Source: the human T2T-CHM13v2.0 reference genome, Homo sapiens
Reading direction: 5' to 3' (one strand)
Length of the DNA: 64,000 bases
NCBI RefSeq assembly: GCF_009914755.1
Contig: NC_060930.1
The notes under the pieces were generated by a model. It was not told where the DNA came from, ran no database searches, and was given only the letters and a program-made list of their open reading frames with translations. Each line of letters opens with the position of its first letter. Position 1 is the stretch's first letter. This document shows, piece by piece, positions 41,216-55,552 of this stretch. The translations under genes were made by a program, and so were the position numbers.

Positions 41216-41982
41216 CTGGCCCAAGGAGGACGAGGAGAAAAGAACAAATGAGCTGAGTATAGACATGGCTGCCATTCATCCCTAAGGCTGGAGAGCAAAG
41301 GGCAGTCTGGCAGCTCACCCCAAAGCACAGAGAGTGCAGGGAAAGGGAAAGGGAAACGGAAGTATGGGGAAAATGCAGCTCAGACTCAAGAACTTAAAAG
41401 TGTCCTCCCCAAAATCAATGCGAGTTAACTACGCCACCAGCTATGACACTAACCGTCTCCTGCCTACCCCCTGCAGTTGCCTACATTTTGATTTTGGTTT
41501 CATAGATCTGGAATCAATCTGCTTGCAGTCAGAAATGTTAGTGAGGTAATCCCAGAGAGAGAAATATCTGCCGCAGTCATTTAAACATCTGGTGCCACCT
41601 CCACCCATGACCCCACCCATGGCTCGCCTGGCCTCGCCTCATCTCTGCCAACCTATATTCCTCTTGCTTCGAGTGAAGCTCTTTCCCTATAATTTTCCTT
41701 CATCTCCTGATCAATAAAACCTGGATTTACAGGCCAAGAACAAGCAAACAAAAAGTACCCGTGAGCTGGTCTAAACTAGCTTTCATCGAGAAATGCAGCA
41801 CAAATAAAATGAGTGATTGGTGAGGGGTGAGTTTTGTTTAACTGGGCTTATTCTGGTTGAGAAGCAAGCTCACATCAACTTGGCCATGCAGGAGTAATGT
41901 GACTGTCCCCAATTCTGTCAAAAACAACAGCAGACTAAACTCCCTGGCCTCACAGCTAGCCACTTCTGAGGATGAGGCTTAC

Positions 41983-42270
41983 CATGCACTCAGGACTACG
42001 AGCCTTTTCCAAATGTTCTCTTGTCTACAACCCTCTGAGCGTGGTGCAAATATTAATTAGTGTTTCTAATGTCGCCTCGCACTGTCATTATCTGTTGATG
42101 AAGAGACAGACGTGTCTCCGACAACATCCAGGCCAGCCAAGGTGACATTGCTTTCCTTTGCTCCAAAGCTGTATTCAGCTGCCCTAGTTGGAGTCATCCG
42201 CATAGAGTCATTACCATCTCACTTTTGGAAACACTCCCACTCCACTCTGTTGCTGTCCCTAGCACTGTCA
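41983..42270 (-). pseudogene. Decayed SRCR-like exon (288 nt, phase 1-1)
   Basis: Acceptor ctcttatcttattgcag; donor ATG|gtaagc. Starts VTVLGTATEWSGSV..TLC and ends with a KRLVVL..EC-like motif. Confidence 0.5.
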
Positions 42271-42292
42271 CTGCAATAAGATAAGAGCCCCA

Positions 42293-42680
<388 letters not shown>

Positions 42681-43907
42681 TCACCCCCACCTGCCTGCTC
42701 CAGCCTCTTCTGCTTCCCAAAGCCACGGCCAGACGCACCTCCCCAGACATGGCCTGGCCGGCCCTCCTCTGCTCAGGAATGCACTCGGGCTGGTAATTAC
42801 TGGCCACGCCAGGTCACCAGCTTGTTTGTCTTGTTCCGGAGACTTCCATGTGATCTTGGCTCCCGTGTGAGCTTGGTCGCCTCCGAGCCTCTTCCACGCC
42901 TCTCTCCTTTCCCCCAAGCCGTGGCTCCAGCCACCAAAGCAAAGCCATAGCAATGTCCACTGTGTATGGTGAGAACGCTGCCTCCAGAGCTCTGCAGTGC
43001 CTCTTACCTTACCCGATCACCACACTCAGCCACATGTGACAGGCAAGCTCAGTTCCCATTTCACACACTGGAAAACAGCCTCAGAACAGTCTAGCAGTTT
43101 GCACAGGATTGCGTAGCTACAGCCTGGCCCACCCTTCCTAAGAGGCCTGTGGTTCCTCACGGCCATAGCTTGCAACCTCCTCCGAAGCCCGGAGGCCTCG
43201 CTCTCTTCTAGTTCCTGGGGCAGTGACCAAGAGCCCCCGATGTGCAGGACGTAGACTAGACATGAGGCGGGGTCCCTGGCTTAAAAGAGCTGGTAATGAA
43301 TTAAATCAGCAGAAAAGACAGAAGTAATATAAAGAATTGTCATTAATATAAGGTAGAAAATGATTAATACCAAAGAAGTGGCAAAGATAGTAGTTGCTGT
43401 GGAAGACGGAAAATATGTGTTTGAGGCTGGCGTGGTGCAGAGACAGTTTCTTGGAGAAGGTGGCCTCTGAGCGAGGCTGGCAAGTGGGCATGCCCCCGTG
43501 TCTTTGTGACCCCGGGGGAGAGGCCTTCCCTGGAAGGACCACAGCATCCTCTCAAGCCCTGGGCTTCAGCACTGTGTTTCTGTGTGTTGCTGCCTAATGG
43601 TTTCCTAAGATTCAGTCTGTCTCCCCGACAACACTGAAGGTGTTATCTTACAAATATAAAAATGCCCAAATTTTTAAAATATACACTTTCACTTCCTTCA
43701 CAGCCAGGTTGCAGTGTGACTGCGAGGGCTGGCATGGGACTTGGCAGCTCGGGGTCCCCAGGGAACTCGGAATTGCACTGGGGCCTATAGCAAGGGACCC
43801 ATGAAGAGCTGACGGTTGACTTGGGCCTCCCTCCAAACTCTGGGTGAATGGGAATATTAATAGCTGCCTGGCAGGTGCATTGATTTAACTCAGTGCAGTG
43901 AGTAATA

Positions 43908-44229
43908 GGTCTCAGCCTGTTTATGTGATTATAACAAAATATCTGAGGCTGGGTCATTTGTGAAGAACAGACGTTGATTCTCACACTCCGGAGGCCGGGT
44001 CCGAGATCAAGGTACCGGCAGGTTCAGTGCCTGGTCAGGGGCGGCTCCTCTCAGACAGCACCTTCTCCACGTCCTCACATGGCAGGAGGTGAGGAAGGAA
44101 CAGACTCGCCCCTTGAGCCGCTTTCTAATAAGGAGCTAGTCCTCCTGCACGTCCCTCCTCTCAGCACCGTCACACTGGTGACCACGTCTCCACATATGAA
44201 TCTTGGTGGACACATTCAGGCCACAGCAG
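43908..44229 (-). mobile_element. MaLR LTR (MSTD/MLT1A-like)
   Basis: aacaaaatatctgaggctggg...gattctcac...gacacattcaggccacagca. Confidence 0.75.
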
Positions 44230-44922
44230 ACGCAATGGAAAGGATAGTTCAAAACATAAAAATGGTCACAATTTTAGTAGCAAAAGGCCAGCCTCCTGTC
44301 TGGACTGACGTTGGGCCTTCTGCTGTGGGTTTCCTGAGAGACTCACTCCCCTCTTCACACGCAGGCCTCCTTCACTCTCCCGGGGGTCCTGGCTAGGAAC
44401 CTCCACGCCCACCACCCACTGCTCATCTTCTGCTGCCCCCAAAGCTTAGATGGCCTGTTCACCCAGTGTTTCTCATCTGCCTGCCTACACCATCTCTTCA
44501 CATCTCAGCTTAGCCACGACCGTCTCTCGGAGCCCTCCGGACCTTCGAAGACTGGTCTAGGGGCTTTCCTATGCACTTACAAGGCAGCCTTTAAGCCCCA
44601 GTGGTCTTTCTCCTCCCCAGGCTGTTTTCCTAAGGCAGGAGGTCTGTATTTGGTGGCATCATACACTGGGCACTCACCAGGCTGACCAAGCCTACCCTCG
44701 GGGACTGTTTGTGAATAGCTGAGCAGCAGGGGCCGGCGGAGAGACCTCAGCTCTGGGTTATCCGTCCACTAGCAGCCATCCCCTTGTCTGCTGTGGTGGA
44801 ACATGAATCTTAGCAGAAATGCACAAACCACCCCAACCATAAAACTGCATGCATTCCTACTCAGCTCATTATCAATCAAGATGTGAATTTATAATCCTGG
44901 TAATTACTAATCAATAAAATTA

Positions 44923-45277
<355 letters not shown>

Positions 45278-46878
45278 TTAATACTTTTAAAAGCACACGT
45301 ACAGAGGAAGAAGGCCTGAATGATTCTCAAAGCCCATCCTGCACCTGCCCTCCCCACAGAATGACTCCAGCTTTGCCTGAGCACTCACAAGGAGAGCCAG
45401 GCCCAGGCCCTCCTCACAGTGATGTGCCATCAGGTGGAGAAGCCACACCCTCCGCCTGTCCACTCCCACACTCACCGTTGCTGTGTCACACGTGGGCAAA
45501 GGAAGAATCGGAAACTAAAGGTTGTCAGTTACCTTTTCAGGGAAATACACGTCCCCATTTGTTTTCTAGAATGAAAAGAACAGCTTCAAGGTGTTTAGAG
45601 GCTCCTGTCAATGCCCCTCATGCTTGGAAATGAATGCAAGCTGCAGATTCGGGTTGCCTTCTCCACTTGCTGCAAATGCACCTTTAATTGCTTGTACACA
45701 TCACGTTTTCCCGGGGAGCTGATGAGTCACCTGCCTTTCCACTCATAGGCTCACGCCCACCTCAATCCATCCTTCTTTATGTCCCTACAGGTAAAGAAAA
45801 TTGCCTGCATTAGCTGCCCTGACAGCCACCCACTACTCCCGAGGGTGAACATCCAGAAGAGAGAAGGTGCACCTCTCAGAGTCGGTCTGGACCGTAACAA
45901 TGGGAACGGTTATGCTCTTTCAAAAGGCTCTTTCTCTTTTATGCCCACAGATAAAAGTTAGGGACTTCTTGCTGAATCCCAGGAGGTAGTAAAAAAACCA
46001 CGAATCTCCATCCAAGGATCCCTGCACCTAGTCGGTGCCTCCACGGCACTCCGGTTTAAAGACCAGGGATCTTAGTCGTCACTGTTTGTAGAGAATGAGA
46101 AGAATCAAACCTCACAAAATTAAATCGCTTCTGATGCTCTCCCTTCCAGGCATGCGAATGGGCCCATGCAGACAACATCTTTGTGCTGGGCTATTTGGCC
46201 TGATGTATGTAAAAGATCTGTGAATCATGGCAGTGAGTAACGCAGCACCTTCACTTAGTAGGGGCTCATCAAGAGCTTGGCGAATACATAAGTGGCTGGA
46301 TGAATAAATCACTGAGCTCTGCAGGCTTAAGTCTGTCTTTGCTCTACTGACCAGATCGGCAAATCCCCACCACAGAAGAGAGTTCTCAGGGCGGCAGCTC
46401 CCTGTCTCAACCCTCCCTAGCCCTACAAAATTATAAAAACAGATGATGGCTGCACAGGTCTCTGAAGCAGGGCTAGATCCATAAATTAACTAATGGAATT
46501 TAATCCTTGCAATAAGATACATTCTTTATAGGTGAGAACCCTGAGCATCAGAGAAGGCAACTAACTCAGCCAAGCTTAAACAGCCATGAAGGGGAGGAGC
46601 TGGGATGTGGGGGTCTGACTCCAGCATCTGCACTTGCAGTGACTGGGCTATAGTAGTGCCCCTCACATATTATATGAAAGCACGTGGGCTGGGCCTGACA
46701 ATCTGTGTCTTAAACAACCTCCCAGGTAAAACCCATGCTGATGGTTGACGAACCTTACTAGGAGCCACAAAGCCCTTTTCCACTCTTGGTACTTCTCTGA
46801 TCTGTCCTCTAGAACATCTTCTACAACTTTCCTGATTACACGAATGAATCTACCTTTTCATTTTTGTGATTCAGTTTT

Positions 46879-47130
46879 GTATGAGTCAGGATTCTCCAGA
46901 GAAGCAGAGCCAACAGGAGATATATAGATACAGAGATAGAGAGAGAGAGTGGGAGGAATCGGGGCTCATGTGATTCGGGGAACTGGCAAGTCTGGAGTCC
47001 ACAGGGCAGGTCAGCTGCCTGGAGATGGAGATGACAGTTGATATTTCAGTCTGGAGTCCGAAGGCCAACTGGAGACAGAATTCCTTCTCCCTCTGGAAAC
47101 TTCAGTCCCAGTGAAGCCTCTTCAGGCCCT
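46879..47130 (-). mobile_element. MLT2 LTR fragment
   Basis: gtcaggattctccagagaagcagagccaacaggagatata. Confidence 0.75.
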
Positions 47131-47547
47131 CAGTGGGCCAGAGGAGGGAAAATACCCTTTTCTGTCTACACACCTGCTCTCCATGTCCACAGCAGCGCTC
47201 TATGACAGGAGAATGTTTGTGCAGTCACTTGGGACTTGCCTCCCTCCTGTGTCTAGTCCATGGTGCAGAAAGGTTTGCCTGCACTTTGGTCTTCTACCAG
47301 CCACTGACTTAAGAACTTTTGAAATTATTCTAATTGGCATTTTTAACATTTCATCTTTGAATGTTTAAAAATATTCATTGTAATGTAATTGTCAAGTAGG
47401 TAATGTGCTCAGGCACCACCAGCTCATTTCCCAGCTTCTGGACAGGTGACTGTGGCTTAACAGCTTCCAGTCTCCAGCAGAGACTGCCACTCAGTGTCCC
47501 CAGCAAAGCTCTGGAGTTCATCTGGAACCTGAAGGGCAAACAATCCA

Positions 47548-47617
47548 GAGAGACAGAGAGAGAGAGAGAGAGGAAGGAAGGAAGGAAGGAAGGAAGGAAG
47601 GAAGGAAGGAAGGAAGG
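47548..47617. repeat. (GA)n(GGAA)n microsatellite
   Basis: Direct inspection. Confidence 0.95.
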
Positions 47618-47877
47618 TAGGTCTGTCCTCTTTAATAACAAGGGATAATTTGGGCTAAATTTTGCCTATGTTGCTGCACTTAGTGTCACCTTCAGCAGTA
47701 ACTTTAACCATTCTGGAATATTATTGACACCTGTTCCAATGGAAGGAATGGAAGGAATTGACATCTGTTCCAATGGAAGTCTCTGATAAAGAAGTCTTTA
47801 TCAATATCTAAGCAAGTTTTCACCTTCTATTGAATGCCAAGTTGTAAGTGCAGAGATATTTCATAATTGCTTCTTAC

Positions 47878-48246
47878 CTCCAAGAGTTTCAGTCAACAGC
47901 TAAAATGACTCTTTTTGAAATAATGTATGCTGCTTTGAATCTACTCCTCAAAATTTACACCGCATCTAAAATGCTTTCCCAATTTTCCCATTTATCTAAG
48001 GCCTTGCTCATAACTGAATCCTTTGAAAAATATTACCATTTTCAAAATGTTTGCATACACTTAACCTTCAAGATGCCTGCACCAGGCACTCAGCATGAAT
48101 GAAGTCAAAGCAAGTCCTGTGCTGCGTTCCCCCAAAAAAGCCTATTCTGTCCAGTGTCACAACTGGAAGCACATCAATCACTCCAAGGACCTCCCAGAAA
48201 GAACATCATTTCATCAGTAACTATGAGGAGATGATACATGTTTAGC
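47878..48246 (-). pseudogene. Decayed SRCR exon (369 nt)
   Basis: Acceptor tttgcatctgtttccttgtag; donor GAG|gtaaga. Fragments YHLLIVT, LSGRSLE, AWCRHLEG, HFRCG, KRVILAVD*. Confidence 0.55.
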
Positions 48247-48880
48247 CTACAAGGAAACAGATGCAAAAAAATTTCAGTGAATGTTTATATAATCTTTTGA
48301 TGAGGAAGGCCTATTTTTTTTTATAAATAATACAAAAGCAAAGACAGAAACAATAAGGAAAACAGTCACAACTTTTATACCTAAAAGTGTAAAATCTCTA
48401 GATGCCAAACTTCAATTAACAAAATTACAAACAAATGAAAAGTCCAAATGAAATACTTGCACTATGCATGAAAAACAAAACATTTATTTTCTAGAATATT
48501 TGATTATTTTAACAATCAGTAAGTAAAAAAGATAACTCCCATGAGAAAAAAAATGAAGCCAGGGCATAATTGCCAACTCATTAAAAATATGTAAATATAT
48601 AACATTTATATTAATATAAAAGATATAACAGAAAACATATTCATAATATTCAATCTCTCTAGAATTCAAGAAACATGTATCAAAAAAATGAGAAACCAGT
48701 TTTGTCATTGGAAAAGTTGTATTTATTTTTTATTACATTTTGATAAAAGCCCATTTTTGGTGAGGGTCTGACAAATCAGATGCTCTGAAACATGGGTGGA
48801 AGCGATGTCAATCATGCAACTTTTCTAAATATTGACAAAACTCAATATTTACCAGGATGCTTAAAGATTTCAAACACTTC

Positions 48881-49187
48881 GGCCGGGCGCAGTGGCTCAC
48901 GCCTGTAATCCCAGCACTTTGGGAGGCCAAGGCAGAAGGACCACCTGAGGTCAGGAGTTTGAGACCCACCTGGCCAACATGATGAAACCCTGTCTCTACT
49001 AAAAATACAAAAATTAGCCGGGCGTGGTGGTGCGCACCTGTAACCCCAGCTATTCAGGAGGCTGAGGCAGGAGAATCGCTTGAACCAGGCAGCAGAGGTT
49101 GCAGTGAGTGAGCTGAGATCATGCCAGTGCACTCCAGCCGGGGCAACAGAGGGAAGCTACATCTCAAAAACAAACAAACCAACAAAA
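48881..49187 (+). mobile_element. AluS inside an old L1 fragment
   Basis: 18-bp TSD aaagatttcaaacacttc at 48863-48880 and 49188-49205. Confidence 0.95.
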
Positions 49188-49543
49188 AAAGATTTCAAAC
49201 ACTTCAACCTAATTATTCCATACCTGGAAATCTAAGGAAATAATCAGGAATGAGCAAAATTTGGAATACATGAATATTTGTTGTAACATGATTAGTAACT
49301 ATGAACCAATGATCTTAAATGTTCAAGAACAAAAGGGAGAAATAAATTGAGTTTATTCCACATTTGATAGAAAACTATACAGCCACTAATACAAATGCGA
49401 TTTTGAAAAACATTTATTGACCTTGAAAAATGTTTATGCCATTGTTAAGAGAAAAAGCAGAATGAAAGCATTGCAGATAATAATGATTTCATCAGGAATA
49501 TGTGTTAAAATTACCTGTGTATTTATATTTATTAAAAGTTCTG

Positions 49544-49911
<368 letters not shown>

Positions 49912-49975
49912 CTACTGCGTACAAAACATTGAAACAAAATCCAGAAAACACTCATTGTGTTTTGCCCTACATTAG

Positions 49976-50293
<318 letters not shown>

Positions 50294-50389
50294 GGCAATT
50301 TTTAAAAGTACAAAATGAAGCCTTTAATCTGGCATAAGATATGCCATTAATATTGTTTTTCTTTATTTTAGATTCCATTTCTTTCTTTC

Positions 50390-50520
50390 CATTTTATTTT
50401 TATAGAGATGAGGTCTTGCTATGTTGCCTAGGCTGGTCTCAAACTTATGGCTTAAAGTAATCCTCCCACTACAACCTCTCCAAATGCTGGAATTATAGGC
50501 CTGAACCACTGCTCCTGGCC
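50390..50520 (-). mobile_element. Alu monomer (FLAM)
   Basis: ggtcttgctatgttgcctaggctggtctcaaac. Confidence 0.8.
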
Positions 50521-51474
50521 TAGATTTCCTTTCTTAAATCAAATTTTCCTTTGATAGCTTTTCTCATACCCAAGCAGAGAGCCACTTCGGTAGCACATTG
50601 AGATTACACAATTGCTTGCATCTTTTATTGATGCTTTTCATCATTTTTCAAATTGACAAAAATTTCCCAAGAGACAACCAAAAGTTAAACTCAATGTTCA
50701 CATAATGTTCATTCAATGTTTATGAAAATGTAATGTTTTCTTTACTAATTTAAACATATCTGTCAGATAATAAACACTGACTTTTTAAACTTAAGGACTA
50801 TGTTTTGCTGAAAAAGCTTTTTTTTGAACAGGAAAAGGCAGTTAACAAATTGATACATTCTCCTCTTCCTACTTCTAACTCATGAAGCTAAAAACAGTTC
50901 ATTGTATCATAGATCACTTTCTACTCTGAAAACATGGACAGAGCTCACCTCCTAGAGTGGCAAAAATCAAACACACTTGCTAACAACATAAAGAGCCATA
51001 TTTATTAAGAGCTCCTGATAGGTTACAATAAATCAAGTTAAAATCAGTTAAAAATAACATGTGTTCCCTTTCTGCTAGGATCCAACTCATCATTTAGGGC
51101 GTGGTTGGAATAGGAATTGCTCAGTAGAGACTAATGCTAACTCCTTTGTGCTCCTCCTTTCCCTCTTCATACTTTCTGCTTTCTCTTTCCCATCTGCACT
51201 GATACTGCATTGCCTGTTTTGTCTCTTAATTGAGCCTGAGATCTCAGGGTGCAAGGTCACAGATCTCTTTCACAGCACAGTCCACAGCTGGTGCCAAGAC
51301 AGCATGTGACTGAGATGTCTAACCTTAACCGACACTATGAGCTACAACACTTACAAACCCCAAAGTTACTGAGATTTTAAACGTGCTCAGCTCTCGTCAC
51401 ATATGTTTAATGCACTAAAGAGCACATTCTTGAGATTGTTCAAATCAACATCGGCCAGCCTGCTAAATACTTAC

Positions 51475-51768
51475 CTGTGCACTTCTGGATCAAGCTCTGT
51501 GGGCATAGCAGGTCATTTAAACTTGGGTAGAAATGTGTTTTGTCTTCGATAACCTTCCCGCTGTGCCTAACCAGTGCCTGCTGTCCCCATGAATCTCCTC
51601 CTCTGTGCAATGTGCATGAAGCCTGTGCTCTTCCTCACAGCCCTCTCCCTGCAGTCCCAGCACCAAGGCCGGCTTCCCGGGCAGGCCACCTCCTCTGCAC
51701 ACCGCTCCCTGTTCCCTGCTGGGTTTAAGTAGGAATGGAGCCTTCCCAGTGTTGAAATAAACCTGTGT
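51475..51768 (-). pseudogene. Decayed SRCR exon with intact splice sites (294 nt, phase 1-1)
   Basis: Acceptor tgtcttgtttttgttttcttttgcag; donor CAG|gtaagt. Fragments WEGSI, TQQGT, GAVCRG, WPAREA, GEGC; ends CPQSLIQKCT-G. Confidence 0.62.
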
Positions 51769-52499
51769 CTGCAAAAGAAAACAAAAACAAGACAGAATTC
51801 ATTTGTAATTTGGTATTTGTCTGACTTTTCCTATGAACTATTAGGATGCTTTTCTTATATTTCTCTGCAAACATGTTCCGTTTTCCACCCATGATTACGA
51901 GTTGCATAGATGATCTACTTCCCTTTCGAGATTGTGACATCTTTGAATGTAGAATCCGTTTCCGTGTATCTGGTACTCCCTGCCGGAGTACTTGCTGCAC
52001 TGTGGCCATCAATGGGTGTTTGTTCAACATTTAATAATGGTGCAATTTAACAAAATTCCATTAAATTTGTTTCTGTCTACATGGAAATGTAATTTTATCT
52101 TATTAGAACCATTTCACTTTTAAATGCCCTAAAATAGCACTCTTGGAATGAGGAAATGAATATAAACTAAGAAGACACCTGTGGGGACCTTTGTCCCAAT
52201 CCCCATCAGTTACTCTTCCAGCCACCTGGCGAGGATACAGGCTCAAAGGCAGGTGTTAGGCTGAGGTCGCCCAGTCACCAGCTCTAGGGCTCTCGGATGC
52301 CCCGCTCTCACCACTACCACGCGCAAGAGCAGAGCGAGAGCTCCTTAACGCCAGTTTATTTAGCATTTTGATCTTTTCATTTTCTGATTTCTTATAATTT
52401 ATAAATTTGAAGAATGCCTTCTTCCGCACTGGTGGGGGGGGTGTAACTAAAGCCTGGAGGCTGCTGTCGCGACGCCTTTGCGGCTAGAGCTTCTTTTAC

Positions 52500-52803
52500 T
52501 ATCCTGAGTCAGAGCCTCCCGAAGCCACGGAGGAACGCCCACGGGGCCGGGGGGTGGGGTGGGGACACTGCGCATTCAGGTCTCACCATCTGGGGACCCA
52601 GTATGCTGTGGTGCCCTTGCTGAAGCAAGGCTAATTGTCCTCATGTGACCGAGAGAGACTTCTCACGGCCATGCACAAAGACAGAGACCGTGTCAACAAG
52701 CATCCCAAGGTAGGACGAGGCAGAGTGTTTCGGATTCTCTTTTAGAATTTGGTGGCAACTGCTGGAGAGGCTGGTCTAATTTGTAACAAGTTAAACAAAG
52801 AGC
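52500..52803 (-). pseudogene. Decayed SRCR-like exon
   Basis: Acceptor ttctttcttctgtttgtcttcctaag. Fragments SSSCHQIL, ETLCLVLPWDA, GPQMVRPEC. 3' end approximate. Confidence 0.5.
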
Positions 52804-53358
52804 CTTAGGAAGACAAACAGAAGAAAGAACCTTGGATTTATTATAGAATCCAAGGCCTGGCTTTTTGAGCCAGGCTTAGCTTTATTAGCATACAGCATAA
52901 TGCTTGGCACCGAGGAGACACTTAATAAATATTTATGCACAAATGAATGAGTTTTCAGCATGTCACTTAACCCTTTGTACACTCAGTCTCCAAGTCTACA
53001 AAATAAGATGATTCAACTGGATAGTTATCATGATTGTAAAAATGTCTTGATTTAGAGATACCTACTTTTCCCTCATTCTCTACTTTCACATGTGACTAAA
53101 GCAAATTATAACCAAACCTCATTAATTTAGAATTACACTAGTAAGCCTCATCTAATTCATTAAAATCTGAATTACAAAATATATTAAGAGAAATACAACA
53201 TTACTTTTTAAAAATTCAATAAATAGGATGAAGATGTAAGTGAATAAGATTAATTAGATAAAATGATTTGTACACTTATGTTCCAGATTGATAAATCCAA
53301 ACTTTAAAATGTCCTAACAATAAAATATAGTTCTGAGTTTCAGGGTAGCTCCTTTGTG

Positions 53359-53359
<1 letters not shown>

Positions 53360-53390
<31 letters not shown>

Positions 53391-53440
53391 TTCCTTCCTT
53401 CCTTCATTCCTTCCTTCCTTTTTCTTTCTTTTTATTTTTG
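53360..53440. repeat. (TTTC)n/(TTCC)n microsatellite
   Basis: Direct inspection. Confidence 0.9.
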
Positions 53441-53562
53441 ATGTTTACTTTTGTTTTTCCAACTAGAAACTAAACCTCTGAAGTCAGGGAATATGTAGTA
53501 TAGAGCTTGTGAGATAGCTTTTGAAAATGGACAGAAGTATTTCAGAAACTTCTACTCAACAG

Positions 53563-53920
53563 TTGCTATGGACTGAACCGTGCACTCCCACCCTGCAAAT
53601 TCCCAGGGGAAGCCCCACCCCTCAGCATGGAGCAGGGGCCTGTAAGGAGGTCGTTAAGGTTAGACGGGGTCATAAGGGTGGGTCCCTGAGCCAATAGGAT
53701 TGCTGTCCGTATAAGAGGAGCCACCAGAGAGCTTGCTGTCTCGGCACACAAGCATAGAGGGACAGGGGCTGCTGGGCAAGTCTGGAAGCCTCAAAATGCA
53801 ATCTGCCTGCTGCCCCCTGGATCTCGGACTTCCGGCCTCCAGAACTGTGAGGAATCAATGTATGTGGTTTAAGCTGAAACTACCCAGTCCACAGACAGCA
53901 ACCCAGGCAGAATAATACAA
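53563..53920 (+). mobile_element. MLT1A/B LTR
   Basis: tgctatggactgaa...ggacttccggcctccagaactgtgag. Confidence 0.8.
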
Positions 53921-54024
53921 TAGCAATGTCAACACCACACAAAACTCTCCTGTCTCCTTGTAGATGAAGCAGCTCCAACCCACAGGCTCCAGTCTCACTC
54001 AAGGCTCACCAGAGATGCAAGCCT

Positions 54025-54630
54025 CACCCTCCCCATCCACCCCTGCATGCCACCATCCACCCCCATGCCCCCATCCACCCCTGCACACTATCCACTATCT
54101 ACCTCTGCACTAAACCAGCCACCCTTACACCACCCCCCACCCCTACCCCCACCCCCATCATCCATCCCCACAATACACCATCCATTCCTGCCATTCACCC
54201 TTGCATGCCACCATCACCACCGCACTCAGCCATCCACCCCTGCACTCAACCATCCACCCTTACCCCTCACCGTCCACCCCATACCCCGTCATCCACCCCT
54301 GCACTCAACCATCCACCCCTGCTCCCCACCATCCACCCCACCCCTCACCATCCACCCCATCCTCAGCCACCCAATACTACCCCTCACCATCCTCCCCAAC
54401 CCCACCATCCAATCCTACCCCTCATCATCCATCTCCCCACCATCCACCCATACCCCTCACCATCCACCCATACTCCTCACCATCCACCCATACCCCTCAC
54501 CATCCACCCCATCTCAATCACCCAATACTACCCCTCACCATCCTCCCCTACCCCCCACCATCCTCCCCTACCCCCCATAATCCACACCTACCCCTCACCA
54601 TCTGCCCCTACCCCCCACCACCCACCCTAC
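54025..54630. repeat. Degenerate C-rich tandem repeat (CCATCCACCC / ACCCCTCA units)
   Basis: Many copies of ccatccaccc; explains the Pro/His-rich track ORFs. Confidence 0.9.
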
Positions 54631-55108
54631 TCTCTCTTACTCAGGACATCCACCCCGCTTCAGGCATCTGCCCAAAGCCCATGCATCCACCAACCTGCCT
54701 GAGAGAGCAAAGGACCCTCCACCTAAATTCTTATCTGCTCTTCAAGGGTTTCCATCCATTCCACTCACCCTCCGAGTTATCGCCATTGCAGTGGGTGAGA
54801 CATTTCACTTGAGGGAATGAAGGGTTTTTTTGGTCCTCTCTCCCTTAAAAAAATTTCAGGGAGTTGAACGATGAAAAGCTGCCCTTCCCTTAAGACACAC
54901 ACACATTGGCCCAGCATAGTGTGCTAGGCAGTACCCTAGCATGCAGCAGGCAAATACAGGGCACCTGGGTCCACCTGAACTTCAATCAACCACAGATAAT
55001 TTCTTAACTTATACTAGATTGAGATAACACTATATACAACCCTACTCTACTACCATGTATTAGATTATGCCAAAAAATAATCCATGGTCATTGTAAATGC
55101 ACACTTAC

Positions 55109-55552
55109 CTGGCACACTGTATTTTACTTGCTCTATCTGGCAACTCCTTCCATAAGGGAAGTCTGAAGTGAGCAGTCGAGCTGGGAGAGCAGAGTCATGC
55201 GGGGCAGGGGAATGATGGGGTCCCACAGCCGTGCCCATCAGCCCGTTGACCACATCTGCATGGCACAGGGAGAAGGAGGGGAGGACAGGTGGGTCCCGGC
55301 ACGGCCACCCCTTCATCAGCCCATCAACCACAGCCTTCACGGCACTCATCCCATGAGCTGTCACCCAGCACCCACTAGGAACTGAACAAGAAGGACATGG
55401 CTGTGTCCTCAGGGAACTTAGGGAGGACAGTTATCTCCCCCACAACACAGTTCAATCAAATGTACCACGGGGCAGGTGTTAGTCTAATATTAACCAGTGC
55501 TGGGAACACTGCGTGATCTTAGTTCCTTCTTGAAAAGTTTGTTTTCAAAAAG
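55109..55552 (-). pseudogene. Possible SRCR-like exon interrupted by an inverted duplicated segment
   Basis: Acceptor gtattttccttcag; EGTKITQCS and ELCCG. Strong donor CCAG|gtaagt at 55109, preceded by SCQIEQVKYSVP. Confidence 0.4.

Noticed and set aside
42180-42210. YADD reverse-transcriptase motif suggesting CR1/L3
   Set aside because: Four-residue match without supporting flanks; lies within a segment better explained as a spliced exon.
46028-46295. Additional SRCR-like exon (SEG.., DVVC)
   Set aside because: Its apparent acceptor and first ~70 nt match an L2 3' tail, so the similarity is probably coincidental.
54047-54812. Pro/His-rich ORFs resembling extensin or mucin
   Set aside because: Translation of the C-rich simple repeat in all three frames.
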